A stretch of 64,000 nucleotides of DNA, from contig OX597822.1 of NCBI GenBank assembly GCA_951406725.2, positions 37,138,001 through 37,202,000 on the forward strand, given 5' to 3'. Shown one piece after another: positions 25,815-38,005 of the stretch (positions within the stretch are counted from its first letter, which is position 1; each line of letters starts with the position of its first letter). Source of the DNA: Octopus vulgaris. Taxonomy: Eukaryota. A program made the translations under genes and the position numbers. The notes beneath the pieces are model-generated. The model worked only from the letters and a program-made list of their open reading frames with translations, was not told the origin of the DNA and did no database searches.

Positions 25815-27400
25815 AAGCTGGTGAATTGGCAGAATCATTAGCATGTCATTAGCGTTTCTTCTGACTGTTTACATTTTGAGTTTAAATTCTGCTGAGGTCG
25901 ACTTTGCCTTTCATCCTTTTGGAATTGATAAAGAAAGTTCTGGGGTTGATGTAATCGACTTCCCCCTCTCCCCTCAAAAACTGCTGGCTCTGTGTCAAAA
26001 TTTGAAACTATTGTTGTTGTTGTTAATATTATTAGAATCATTAAGTTGGTATTTTGTTTGCCTTTACATCCTGAGTTCAAATTTCATCAGGGTTGATTAA
26101 ATAAGTACCAGTTAAATACTGGGGTTGATTGAACTTAGCTCTTCCCCTGAAATTGCTGGCCTTGAGCCCAAAAATTTGAAATCAATATTATTAAAATCAT
26201 TAGAACTTTGGGAACAATACTTTGCAGTATTTCTTTAGGCTCTTTACATTCTGGGTTCAAACCTCGTCACAGTTATCCTTGCCTTTCATCTATCCAGGGT
26301 CAGACATGGACAGCAAAAGAGAATCAATAAATTTATTACCTGGTGAACTCCCATTTGCACCTACAAGTTCCCCCTTCTACTCTAAGGCAGAAAGAGAAAA
26401 AGATTTCCATAATACATCTAGGATCTCTCTCTATATTTTTTCTTACTAAAAAAACTTTGAGAACAGCATGAATCTCTCAAAATCACATTCCTTATACTAA
26501 AAATTTTAGGTTTTGGATTCAGGCAAAAATAAGCAGCAGCAACTACTGCTGTTGTTGTTGTTGTTGTGGTGGTGGTGGTGGTGTGGCAGAAATGGCCTGT
26601 GTTGAAGTAAATAATTTGCATTATTATTTAGTTTTGTAAGGCAGCGAGCTGGTAGAGTCATTAGCATGCTTGACGAAATGCTTGGCCGTATTTCGCCCAT
26701 CGCTGCATTCTAAGTTCAAATTCTGCTGAGGTCAACTTTGCCTTTCATCGTTTTGGGGTCAATAAATTAAGCACCTGTTGAACACTGGGGTCGATGTAAT
26801 CAACTCATCCCCTCCCTCCAAATTGTTACCATTATTATTTAGTTTTGTGAGGCAGTGAGCTGGTAGAATCATTAACATGGTGGGCAAAATGCCTTAGTGG
26901 CATTTTATGTCTTTATGTTCTGAGTTCAAATTCCACTGAGATTGACTTTGCCTTTCACCCCTTTCAGGGTCGATAAAATGATTATCAGTTGAGCATTTAT
27001 ATCATTGTAATCAACTTACCCCCTCCCTTGAAATTGCTGGCCCTGTGCCAATAATAGAAAAGCACACCAAGCAAAATGCTTAGTGACATTTCACACGTAT
27101 TTACATTCTGTGTTCAAATTCTGCTGAGGTTGACTTAGATTTTCATCCTTTCAGGAATTGATAAAATAAGTACCAGTTGAGTGTTGGTATCAGTGTAATC
27201 AACTTTCACCCTCCCCCAGAATTGCTGGCCTTGTGGCAAAATTTGAAAACACTATTATTTAGTTTTGTCCTGAGTTTCTAAATTCCACTAGGGTTGGCTT
27301 TGCTGTTTGGGATCAATAAAATAAATACCTGTCAAGTACTGGAATTGATTCGATCATTTCTACCTACTTCCCTACAAATTTGTGGCCTTGTGCCAATGTA
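25815..27400 (+). mobile_element. Head-to-tail array of about 7 SINE family B copies, plus orientation
   Basis: Repeated GAGTTCAAATT..GAGGT..ACTTTGCCTTTCATCC..AAGTACCAGTT..CTGGGGT..TGCTGGCC cores, separated by short ATT-rich linkers. Confidence 0.8.
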
Positions 27401-27499
27401 AGAAATCATTGTTATTATGGATACATGCCAGACTTGTTTTCTCCTTCTTTGGCAGAAGTTTATTGCAATGAACAACAACAGTGCTGTCATTCACAGCAA

Positions 27500-29350
27500 T
27501 ATTAACTGGAAAAGGATACCAGTATTGGGAAAGGACACAAACAAGTGGGTCACCATCAGTATTTTCAGGCCCATAACTCTGCTGAATGCAGAGTTTAAGA
27601 CTTTGACGAAGGTGTTTGTAAAGCTGTTGATGCTTGTCATCAGCTTTGTAATTAAGGGGTGTGGAGACCTTCACAATTCTAAGGTAATCTATTCACCTCA
27701 TGTAATACATCATAGAGAAGATGGATATTAAACCTTAAGCAGGGCTCTGATCCATTTGGGTTAATTCAGACACTTTGATAGGGTCAACCTTTAGTACTTG
27801 GAAGCAGTTCTCACTCAGTGCAATTGGTTTTGGTCCTAGTTTTGGAGATCAGATTCTTTTACCATACAGTGACATATGTTTAGTAGTTAGACTGAATGAT
27901 TACCTATCAGAACCAGGCATGTTTATTATGAGACGACTCTTATATTGAACATGCTTGATTTGTCATGGGTGTCTTCTCTCAAGCGTATACTATATTTGAT
28001 GACATATAAAACACTTTTTTTTCCAAAAGAATGTGTCCAAAAATCACCCTTGGTCCTATGTGTGAGGTTGGACCTACAGTAAGCTTTAATGCACTAAAAA
28101 CTTCTATTCCCTAATATGTACTGTTGAAATTGGAGTGCATCTAATGCCTGTGTGCTTTTTGTACCCTCAAATACAGTATATGTTGTGGCTCTTGAGCTAC
28201 TGCTGTAGAGACTGCTGATGTGCTGAAGGGTATTCCATTGAAATTGGTACATGGGAAGGCCATGTGATCATTTACAGAATATTGACACAACAGAAACCAA
28301 AGAAATTAGTGTGATGTTGACAGAAGTACTTGTTAAGCAGTACATGTCATGAGGTGTTGTACTAAAGGTTCTGTTAAGATCTAGTCTGGGCCAGACCATT
28401 AAACAAATAGGAATTGGAGCAAGGTTACAAGCAGAGTCTTTAGTCTCACCTAGAAATGAGACATCCCCGAAATGCCAAGCAAACCTAGCAATTATATACA
28501 TCTCATCCATTATTTATTACCACCTACCCATCATGCTTTGCTCTAATTTTCATTTGATTAAGCTGGAGCATCTGCTTTTTCACTTTTTGTAAGGGCCATG
28601 TTCCACTTGTAATAGGAGTCCATCTGCTACTCATGTCCTTTTCACAAAGGGCTTGATATACCATAGTTGATTATGCACAAGCATGTACTGAGGTTGCAGT
28701 GGCTACAAAACTTTGTGGACAATGAGATGATGTGGTTGTCATTTATAAGCTCATCTTTTTAACAGAGCTGGTCCTGAGTCAAGTGAGGGCCAAAGCTGGG
28801 CATCCAATTTACAAAATATCATGTGCACACAATTCTTTACTAGTTGGATAACATGGCTGGTGGTATGTCAACTCTTGCATTTTATAAGGGGTCAGTAGTG
28901 GGTAAAAGCAACAACATTATCAGGAGTCTGATTTTTAATTATGAACAACTTGCAGAAATCCTTGTTCTGAAAGTGCTACAAGGAGGCATTGTCAGTTTGG
29001 GACAAACTTTACATGACATTAGCTGGTGATTGTCCATGGTTTGTCATATTCTGCACATATTCAAACAATGTTCAAGCATTGCTGGTTTGTAGAATGAGAT
29101 TGTTTGGTGGACAAGACTGAAACAAGTGAATACATTTTCCTTTTGGGCCAAGCCCTCATCAATTTCTCTAAGTTTCACTTAGAGTGAGAGGGGACAGAGA
29201 TGCTGGCCCTCTTGTAAAAAGCTGAATGGTGGGTGTGAGTGGCAAGGATGGTTGCACAAACAGGTTTACTTTCAGTATGTGCCTGTAGTCCAGAGAACAC
29301 CGTTGGACAGGGTAAATAACTTCATTAGCCAGAGTAATCCCTGCTGGGAT
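27500..29350 (+). mobile_element. Degenerate L1/Tx1-clade LINE reverse transcriptase remnant
   Basis: FRPITLLNAEFKTLTKV matches the RT motif RPISLLN.DYKIL.K. An FDRV-like segment follows near 27775. Multiple stops and frameshifts; the right boundary is uncertain. Confidence 0.7.
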
Positions 29351-30034
29351 GTCTTATGTCATACTTTTTCTTTTAATAATCTGGTGCAAGCTTGTCAGGC
29401 TCAATCCCACTGTATGGTACTTTGAGAAAAGTGTCTTCTACTATAAGCCTGAGCCAACTAAAGTCTTGTGAATGGATTTGGTAGATAAAAACTGAGAGAA
29501 GTCTGTCCTAAATGTGTGTTTTTGTATATAGTCTTGTCTAGACATTATGTGGTGGTTGCAAATGTGCATCACCATCATGTCAGTGATGTTGCTTGATCCC
29601 AGTCTTCTGTAGAAAACATATTTAGTTATGGGAAATATTACTTTTTTTGGAAACAGGTAAAAGTTGGCAACAGGAAGGGTATCCAGCTGTAGAAAATTTG
29701 CCTTAGCAAATTTTGTCTGATGCGTGCAAATATGGAAAAGTATGCATTAAAAGATGATGAGGCTATGATGGTGCTGATGATGATGATGAATTCTGCCTCT
29801 CCTGCAATGATTTTGTAATTTATAATATCTCTTTTATTTATTGTCCTTAGCAAATAAAGCTGGTAGAATTATTAAAGCGTTGGGTGAAATGCTTCGCAGT
29901 ATTTCTTCCAACCCTTTATATTCTGTGTTCAGATCCTTTCACGGTCGATGAAAAATAGTACCTGTGAAATACTGAGATTGGTTTAATCTCCTAACCCACT
30001 CCCTTGAAAATTGCTTGCCTTGTGCCTAAACTAA

Positions 30035-31075
30035 CTTACTCTTTTACTTGTTTCAGTCATTTGACTGCGGCCATGCTAGAGCACTGCCTTTAGTCGAGCA
30101 AATCGACCCCATGACTTATTCTTTGTAAGCCTAGTACTTATTCTATCGGTCTCTTTTGCCGAACTGCTAAGTTACAGGGACATAAACACACCAGCATCGG
30201 TTGTCAAGTGATGTTGGGGGGGACAAACACAGACACACAAATACACACACACACACACACACACATATATTCATATACATATATACAGCGGGCTTCTTTC
30301 AGTTTCCATCTACCAAATCCACTCACAAGGCTTTGGTCAGCCCGAGGGTATAGTAGAAGACATTTGCCCAAGGTGCCACGCTGTGGGACTGAACCTGGAA
30401 CTATGTGGTTGGTAAGCAAGCTACTTACCACACAGCCACTCCTGCGCCTACAAGTATTTTTTTTCTTTTATCTTTTGTTTCAGTCATTTAACTGTGGCCA
30501 TGCTGGAGCACCACCTATTAGTCAAACAAATCGACCCCAGGACTTATTCTTCGTAAGCTTAGTACTTATTCTATCAATGTCTTTTGCTGAACTGGTAAGT
30601 TACAGGGACGTACACACACCATCAGTTGTCAAGTGATGGTGAAGGGGACAAATACAGAAATACAGACACACAAACATACACACACACACACAAATATATA
30701 TATATATATACGACGGGCTTCTTTCAGTTTCTGTCTAACAAATCCACTCACAAGGCTTTAGTCAGCCTGAGGCTATAGTTGAAGACACTTGCCCAAGGTG
30801 CCATGCAGTGGGACTGAACACAGAACCATGTGGTTGGTAAGCAAGCTACTTACCACACAGCCACTCTAGCGATGGTGGGGTTGGGGGATAAACACATACA
30901 CAAACATATATATAATATGTATACACGACAGGCTTCTTTCAGTTTCCGTGTACCAAATCCACTCGCAAGGCTTTGGTTGGTCTGAGACATTTGTCCAAGG
31001 TGCCACGCAGTGGGATGGAACCCAGAACCGTGTGGTTGGTAAGCAAGCTACTTACCTCACAGCCATTCCTGCACC
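30035..31075 (-). mobile_element. Three tandem SINE family A copies
   Basis: Three successive ...GGTAAGCAAGCTACTTACC(A/T)CACAGCCA heads near 30410, 30835, 31040. Confidence 0.85.
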
Positions 31076-32256
31076 TGTCGTTGTTAATATTTATTCTATT
31101 GTGGAGGTCTAATTTGCTTTTCATCCTTTCAGGGTCGAGAAAATAAGTACCTGTCAAACACTGGGGTTGATGTAATCGACTGACTCCCTCCCCCAAAATT
31201 GCTGGCTTTGTACCAAAATTTTAAATCTGAATTTATTCTGTTGCAATGAATTGGGGGTTAGTCAGTTGTTAAGCTGTCTAGATACTTTGTGGTATTTAGG
31301 TTAGTGCTGTTTTGCTTTGGGTTTCACATCCACTAGAGCCTAACTTTAGCATTCATCTCTAAAGGGGCAGTGAAATAATGCTTGTAAATTGACTGTTTCT
31401 TAGGAAAAATTGGCTGTGTGCCATGAGAAGAAAAAAAATCAATATTACTATTTTGTTGAGGAAATAATCAGAAAGCCAAGAAGGCAAAGGAGCTTCAATT
31501 TAGCAGCCATGTCTTACTGCACTGATTCTTTGCCATCTCTAAAAGAGGAACTGCACAGGTTACTAAGATGTCTATGTAGACACTTGATTGACTAAATGTA
31601 GTAGTTGATTTTTCCCTATCAAATTCTTTTGAATGTTTTTAAATGAGGGAATACTTTGCCAACAAGGGATGTTTTCTCTATGATGGTTGTTTAATATTGG
31701 CTCTGATGTGATCTAGCAAACCTGTAGTTAAATATTTTCCATCTGTAACCATCCTGACTTTTTTTTTTATTCAAAACATATTTTATTTAGAATTATACTA
31801 GTCAGTGTGTCCCTCCCACACCTTTTTTCTTTTCTGTCTTTCTTTCTTTCTTTTTTTGTGAGGATGTGATATGAGGAAGATTGGGCTTTTATTTGTAACA
31901 ACTCATGTGATCATATAGCAGTTCTCTTTTTGGCTTAGGGGTTTCTATGTCATTGTTTAAAATATTTTGTGCAGCAGCCAGCTTATTTTCCACAAATCCC
32001 CAGTTCTCTGCTGTCTTTAAAATACACAATACACAGCACATTAGACACCAAACATATTTCTAAATCTTGTGCGTGTGTATGGAGATAAAGAGAGAAAGAA
32101 TATGTGTGTACAAACATACATATATACAGCTATATGCAATGTCTGGTGTAGCAAAATAAAACTGTGTAGAGTAATATTTAAATATGTAATGTGTGATGGT
32201 TTATTTTCCCTGTTCTTGTTCTGATAAGAAACATGTCTGTCTGCTTTCTATTGTAG

Positions 32257-32473
32257 GAACTGCCAAGAGGAAGCTGAATTGCCATTTGAAGATGTAACCT
32301 GGAACAATGGTGAATTACTGAAGCAGCAACTTTAAGATGTAGATTGTCAACGTTCCTTAAACTGAAGTGGACAGGACATCATCTCTCAGGACTAACTGGT
32401 GTCAATGTACAGTTATTTTGTGTGATCTGACCAACACAGTTTCAACTAGAATATCATCACCCACCCTATAAAA
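32257..32473 (+). other. Putative 5' UTR part of the ZNF-1 terminal exon (acceptor AG at 32255-32256)
   Basis: CTGTCTGCTTTCTATTGTAG|GAA. ZNF-2 has the same TTGTAG|GAA junction. ATG context TAAAAATGG. Confidence 0.55.
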
Positions 32474-34375
32474 ATGGAGTATAACAGTGACATGTCTAAT
32501 GAGGCATTTACTGAAAACTGTCAGTCTACCAGTCAGGAAGGAAGTCCATTAGGTATGAAAACGTTTCGTGACATATCTGACGAGTCGTTTCTTGAGAATA
32601 GTCAGTCTGCAAATCACAAAGGCTCTCCGTCAAGTGAGAAATCATCTGATAGTGAAATGTCCGATATGACTTTGCCTGAGAAGAATAAGTCTAGCAACTA
32701 CAAGCAAGCTGGGTCAGATGAGAAAACATCCGACAGCGATACGTTAGAGAAGGCATATCCAGTGAAGAGTGGCTTGGGAAATCAGAAAGACTCCACTCAG
32801 TCTGATGAAGAGGAAAGTTTTAATAGTGAAATATCTGGGAAGGCATTTCCAGGGGACAGTAATTTAATCGCAAACAACAAACAAACTGAGTTGGATAAGG
32901 AGACATCTGAAAGAGATTTGTCTCAAGAGCCATTCCCTGAGAACAGCCTGCTGACCAATAACAAAGAGATTCTCATATCTGGGAAGACATTTGATGCAGA
33001 TTTTGTTGCTAAGACACTTCTTGAGAGCAGTAAATTAACCACCTTCAAGAAACAGATGCCCTTGACAGAGAAAGCATTCTACTGTGAATTTTGTGGCAAA
33101 TCTTTTTCTCAGAATTGTAAGTTGACTCGGCACAAGCGTATTCATACTGGAGAGAAACCATTTCATTGCGAATTCTGTGGTAAAGCATTTTCACGGAATT
33201 GCCATTTGTCCGACCACAGAAGAGCACACACTGGAGAAAAGCCGCACTTATGTGAGGTTTGTGGTAAAGCATTTTTACGACCATGTGATTTATCCCTTCA
33301 TGTACGTACTCATACTGGAGAAAAACCCTACGAATGTGATATTTGTGGGAAAAAATTCTCATTTAAGAGTACTTTCCAATGTCACAAGCTAACTCATGCG
33401 AAAGTGAAGCCTTTTTGTGACATTTGCGGCAAAATATTCTCTCTAAAACGTAATTTAATGCGTCATAGATATATCCACTTCAGGGAAGGAACGTTTGAAT
33501 GTGATATATGTAATAAGATTTTCTCTGATGAAGCCTCGTTACTTCAACACAAAGTGATTCATGATGATGGCAAAGACCTTACTCTCGGTGTGTTTGATAA
33601 ATCATTTTCTAAAGACTGTGATGATGTCCCCCTCAAAGAAGATATTTCTACTGAGAAGTCATCATTCCATTGCAAAGCATGTGGCAAGGAATTCTCTGAA
33701 AAGAATGCTTTTATAGAACACAAAGATAGCCAATGTAACGAGAAGCCCTACAGCTGTGACATATGTGCCAGGTCATTTGATTGTAGTAGTAAATTAGAGG
33801 CTCACAAGGAAAAACACACAGGAAATCGGCCCTTCCATTGTGAGATCTGTAACAGGGCTTTCTCTGACATAACTTATTTACAACGCCATAAAATTAATCA
33901 TGCCGAAAAGAAGCCATTTCCATGTGAAATCTGCGGTCGATCTTTCTCTCAGAGTCACGTCCTTGTTTCTCACAGACGTACTCACACTGGTGAGAAACCA
34001 TACCAGTGTGAAGTTTGTGGTAAAAACTTCTCTCGGAAAGACTATCTGTCCTGCCATCGACGGGTACACACAGGTGAGAAGCCATATGTGTGTGAAATTT
34101 GTGGTAAAGCTTTCACCCGTAACGATTATTTATCAATTCACCGACGTTCTCATGCCGAGGAGAAAGCTTTCCCTTGTGAAATTTGTGGTGTTGAGTTCTT
34201 TCAATATAACCAGTTGGTTGAACACAGACAGCTTCACATTGAAGCAAATGCTGGACAATTTCAGTTGGACACCAGTGAAGCGGTCCCTGAAGCTGATAAT
34301 TTACCTCCGACACATTCCGAGAACCGCGTCATCGAACCCATAAAATTTGATATTGATTACAACATATTTTTCTAG
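32474..34375 (+). CDS. Tandem C2H2 zinc-finger protein (ZNF-1), 633 aa: 12 C2H2 + 1 C2HC finger, acidic/Ser-rich N-terminus, no KRAB
   Basis: Intact ORF with repeated CxxC-x12-HxxxH and TGEKP linkers. Confidence 0.95.
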   Translation: MEYNSDMSNEAFTENCQSTSQEGSPLGMKTFRDISDESFLENSQSANHKGSPSSEKSSDSEMSDMTLPEKNKSSNYKQAGSDEKTSDSDTLEKAYPVKSGLGNQKDSTQSDEEESFNSEISGKAFPGDSNLIANNKQTELDKETSERDLSQEPFPENSLLTNNKEILISGKTFDADFVAKTLLESSKLTTFKKQMPLTEKAFYCEFCGKSFSQNCKLTRHKRIHTGEKPFHCEFCGKAFSRNCHLSDHRRAHTGEKPHLCEVCGKAFLRPCDLSLHVRTHTGEKPYECDICGKKFSFKSTFQCHKLTHAKVKPFCDICGKIFSLKRNLMRHRYIHFREGTFECDICNKIFSDEASLLQHKVIHDDGKDLTLGVFDKSFSKDCDDVPLKEDISTEKSSFHCKACGKEFSEKNAFIEHKDSQCNEKPYSCDICARSFDCSSKLEAHKEKHTGNRPFHCEICNRAFSDITYLQRHKINHAEKKPFPCEICGRSFSQSHVLVSHRRTHTGEKPYQCEVCGKNFSRKDYLSCHRRVHTGEKPYVCEICGKAFTRNDYLSIHRRSHAEEKAFPCEICGVEFFQYNQLVEHRQLHIEANAGQFQLDTSEAVPEADNLPPTHSENRVIEPIKFDIDYNIFF

Positions 34376-35408
34376 AGTCGATTCCTCTATCACCTTACCG
34401 AGAAAATAGGATAATGATGTTGCCCTCTAGAGAGCATCATTCTAAAAGTAACATTCTAGGAGTCCCAATTTCAACTAATTCTCCTCAGCTCCTGAATAAT
34501 TAACTTGGTAACACATTTATGAATCAACACAGCTGGTTTAAATTAAACCATATTTCTCTACTTTACCCTCATCCTTGAAGAACTATGTTAAATGATATCA
34601 GATATTAAGCATGTAAGAACGAAGGATGACAAGATTTTTAAGTGTTTCCATGGCAAACATCGAGGAAAAATTTTTCTACCTACCTGGTGAGGTAATAGTA
34701 TCATCTACCTACTCATAGTTGTGCCATTGTCTACCCAGATCTGAAGCAATATCCATTATATTTACTGTTTATAAGAAAATCCTTCAAAAATAAGTAACAT
34801 TTCTGGTGTGAAACCTCATTGCAAAGAATATCTTTGTCGTGGATCAGTTGGTAAGGCATCTACCTCGCAAACAGTCAGGGTACTTTCTACTCCCCCTAAC
34901 TGACAACAATATCAACAAGATAACATTAACTACTAACTATGAACCACGTACTAATGTTTGAGGGTTCTAAACTTCATGGTTCTGATCAGTATTCAAGCTT
35001 AGAGGCAAAGAACATTATAATAATATAGGATTTGGGTAAGGTAGAGGTGTGGCATGGATAAACAAAAGTACATCTTTGAGGCTGTCATGTTGGAGAACTG
35101 GCAGAGAAGTTGAGTTGCTTGGGAAACATCTCATCGAGTTTAACTACAACCACATGACCTTCAGCAATCCTTTTTCCACCCCACTTTTTTGAACTTCTGA
35201 AAAATAAAAAAAAAAAACTTTTCACCTTGCAACCTTTCTTACTGAACATTTGTATGCTTGTTGTTCAAAATAATAATAATAATTATAACAACGACAACAA
35301 TAATCCAATAATCATATATATATATGTATATATATAAATATATATAATGTATGTATGTATATATATATATATGTATGTATAGTAAACTATAGTAGTAGTA
35401 GTAATAGT

Positions 35409-35445
<37 letters not shown>

Positions 35446-37879
35446 GAAAGATTGATCAAAATTTAAATGTATCGAATCTGGAAAAAGAAGTTTTTTTGTT
35501 ATTTTAATTTTTTTTTTAAATTAAAAAAACGTTTTTGGAACAAAATGGTATTCTTCCTCTCCTAGTGGCGGCATCTTTCAGCAAGTTGATAAATGAGATG
35601 TCTCTCCTCCCTCCACCATCACCACCCACAACAACAATTACTCCACCCCACTCTTAAGTCCAGTCTGTGTCTCTGCCTACAAGTCTCAACAAGGGGTGGG
35701 ATTAACTCATTACTGTGCCACACCCCATTTCACAGCCCACCACTACCATCTCGCTTGTAATTCATACTTCAATATTGGTGGGCAGGTATTTTAGACTACC
35801 AATTGGAGGTGGATGAATTGTGTGGCTTAGGGCTGGGAAGTGGCAGAACCCCCTCCCCCCATATAACTCTTCCATTCATGGAATGGATCTTAACAGTATT
35901 CCCTTCCCACAACATGCACCCACACTTTTTTTTTCTTAATTAATTTTTGGAGACGGGTAATGACAATGAAACAATAAACCACTGACCTCCCTCCCCTGTC
36001 ATTTGAGAATGGATATTAGAGCTCACTCACTCCATTATCACTTTCATAATAATTTTACCTCATGTAATCAACATGTAGCAAACCAGTTGCATATAACACA
36101 CTCCCATCATCATTACCTATCTTTGACTGGCAGCCTCATGTCTTCATTGCTCCTCTCTCATTCTCAATCATTCATGAAGTTGGATAAGACAGGTGACACC
36201 TGATTTGTAATGTCTTCTTCAGATTTAGGCAGAAGAAAATTTAAAAGGAAAGTCAACATAGCATGTAAAATTAGTCTTGCAGAAAATTTATAGGATTTTA
36301 TTTCACGGCAAAAATATATGAATAGCACAAATATAAAGATTCAGTCCTCAATGACATAATCCAATGCTAGTAGTAATAGAAATAATAATAATAATAACAA
36401 CAACAATAATAATAATATCTGATATACAAGTACACTCTCTACTTTTTTTGTCTATAAATTTCTGTAACAATGCCATGATATGTATTATCCTCATGAATAT
36501 TGTTTTAATGTCCACTTCCCATGTTAGTATGGGTCAGACAAGACTTATTGAGCCAGTTTTCCTACAGCTGGATTTCCTTCCTGTCACCGACCTTTGTTTC
36601 CTAGTAAGATATTTTTTCCCCTGGTCTTTCGAACAATGAACTGCTCAATGGTGGGTTTTTTGTTGTTTTTTTTTTGCAGTAGATCTAAACAATGACACCA
36701 TGTATAAGTTGACAGTCACATACATACACACACACACACACATACATATATATATATATCTGATATATCAGGCTTCCATACAGTTTCCATCTACTAATTT
36801 CACTCATAAAGTATTGGTCAGTCTGAGGCACTAATAGGCCACAGTACTACAAAATCAAAACTGAATCCAAAACTTGGTTGTGAAGCAATTTTCTTAACCA
36901 CACAGCCATACCTCTACCAATATACATCATGGTGTGTGTGTATGTATATTATATACACACACACATGCACACACTATTTTAGATATATTTAAAAGTTGTT
37001 TTTTTTAATCTTTGATTTTATATCATAAGCCTGTGGGACAGGGTGGTGGTGGCCATTTTAGGATTTTCCTCTCCTTCCACTGAGAGTTTCTAAGGTTTGA
37101 ATTGGAAAGGTCAAAGTTACATGTGGCCGATGTTATTTTATATGAATTTAGTTGTAGGTGCAATATGGCTGAATGTTTAAGAAATCCAGTTCACAGCCAC
37201 AAAGCTGTCTCAGCTTTGATCCCACTGCATGGCATCTTGAGTAAATGTCATTTTCTATACCTACAGACATATCTTGTGAGTGAAATTGGGTAGACAGAAG
37301 CTGTATAGAAGCCTGTTGGCTGGATTATACCTGTAGTTTCAAAGGTACAGTCATGTCACACTAATTCTGCCTGTGAATTATGTTATGGATACATGTGTCT
37401 GTGGAATATTCATGTTAATTCAACAGCAGGTCATTCATAAGAGCAAACAACTGCATCCTCATTGTCGGACAAGGGAGATCCTCCACCACTACCACCATCA
37501 TTTTAGGAAGTTGGTGTTTCTAAATTAAAAACAATCAGATAACATTCACCAAAGAATAACAAAAATGAGATACTTAATACAGATGTAGAATTTGAATATT
37601 TCATTAGCGAATAGAGTGACTGTTTTTTATAGACAGAAACTATGTTTCTGTCTTATAATGATTGTGTGTATGTGTAGTGTCCTGTTGCAACCTGCCTAGG
37701 TCTGTGACATTTTATACCTCCTGATATTTGATTAGCTACCTCTATGCCTAAGGTCTGCTGGACTAGAGCTGACCAGGCTAACAACAACAACCGCAACAAT
37801 GCCAACAACAATAGGAATATATCAAACTATCTTAGGTTAAGAAATACTAGCAGTAGTGAGCTAATGAGAGTAATACATG

Positions 37880-38005
37880 ATGGAGCTCTCTAGGCCTAAA
37901 TAGCAGAGCTCTCATGGCCCAAATGGTCAAGCAGTTCTAGCCAAATTGGTTGAGCACTCCTGGCCTAAATAGTCGAACACTTTTGCCCTAAATGGATTTA
38001 GAGCA
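37880..38005. repeat. Degenerate ~23-24 bp minisatellite, about 5 units
   Basis: Consensus about GAGCACTCCTGGCCTAAATGGTC. Confidence 0.7.

Noticed and set aside
32333-32473. A-to-I editing read-through of stops to extend ZNF-1 N-terminally
   Set aside because: Four in-frame stops (two TAA, two TGA) would all need recoding, and there is no supporting evidence.
33045-34343. Alternative-frame and antisense ORFs within ZNF-1 (likewise 49345-50253 within ZNF-2)
   Set aside because: Shadow ORFs of the repetitive finger codon pattern with no recognisable domains.
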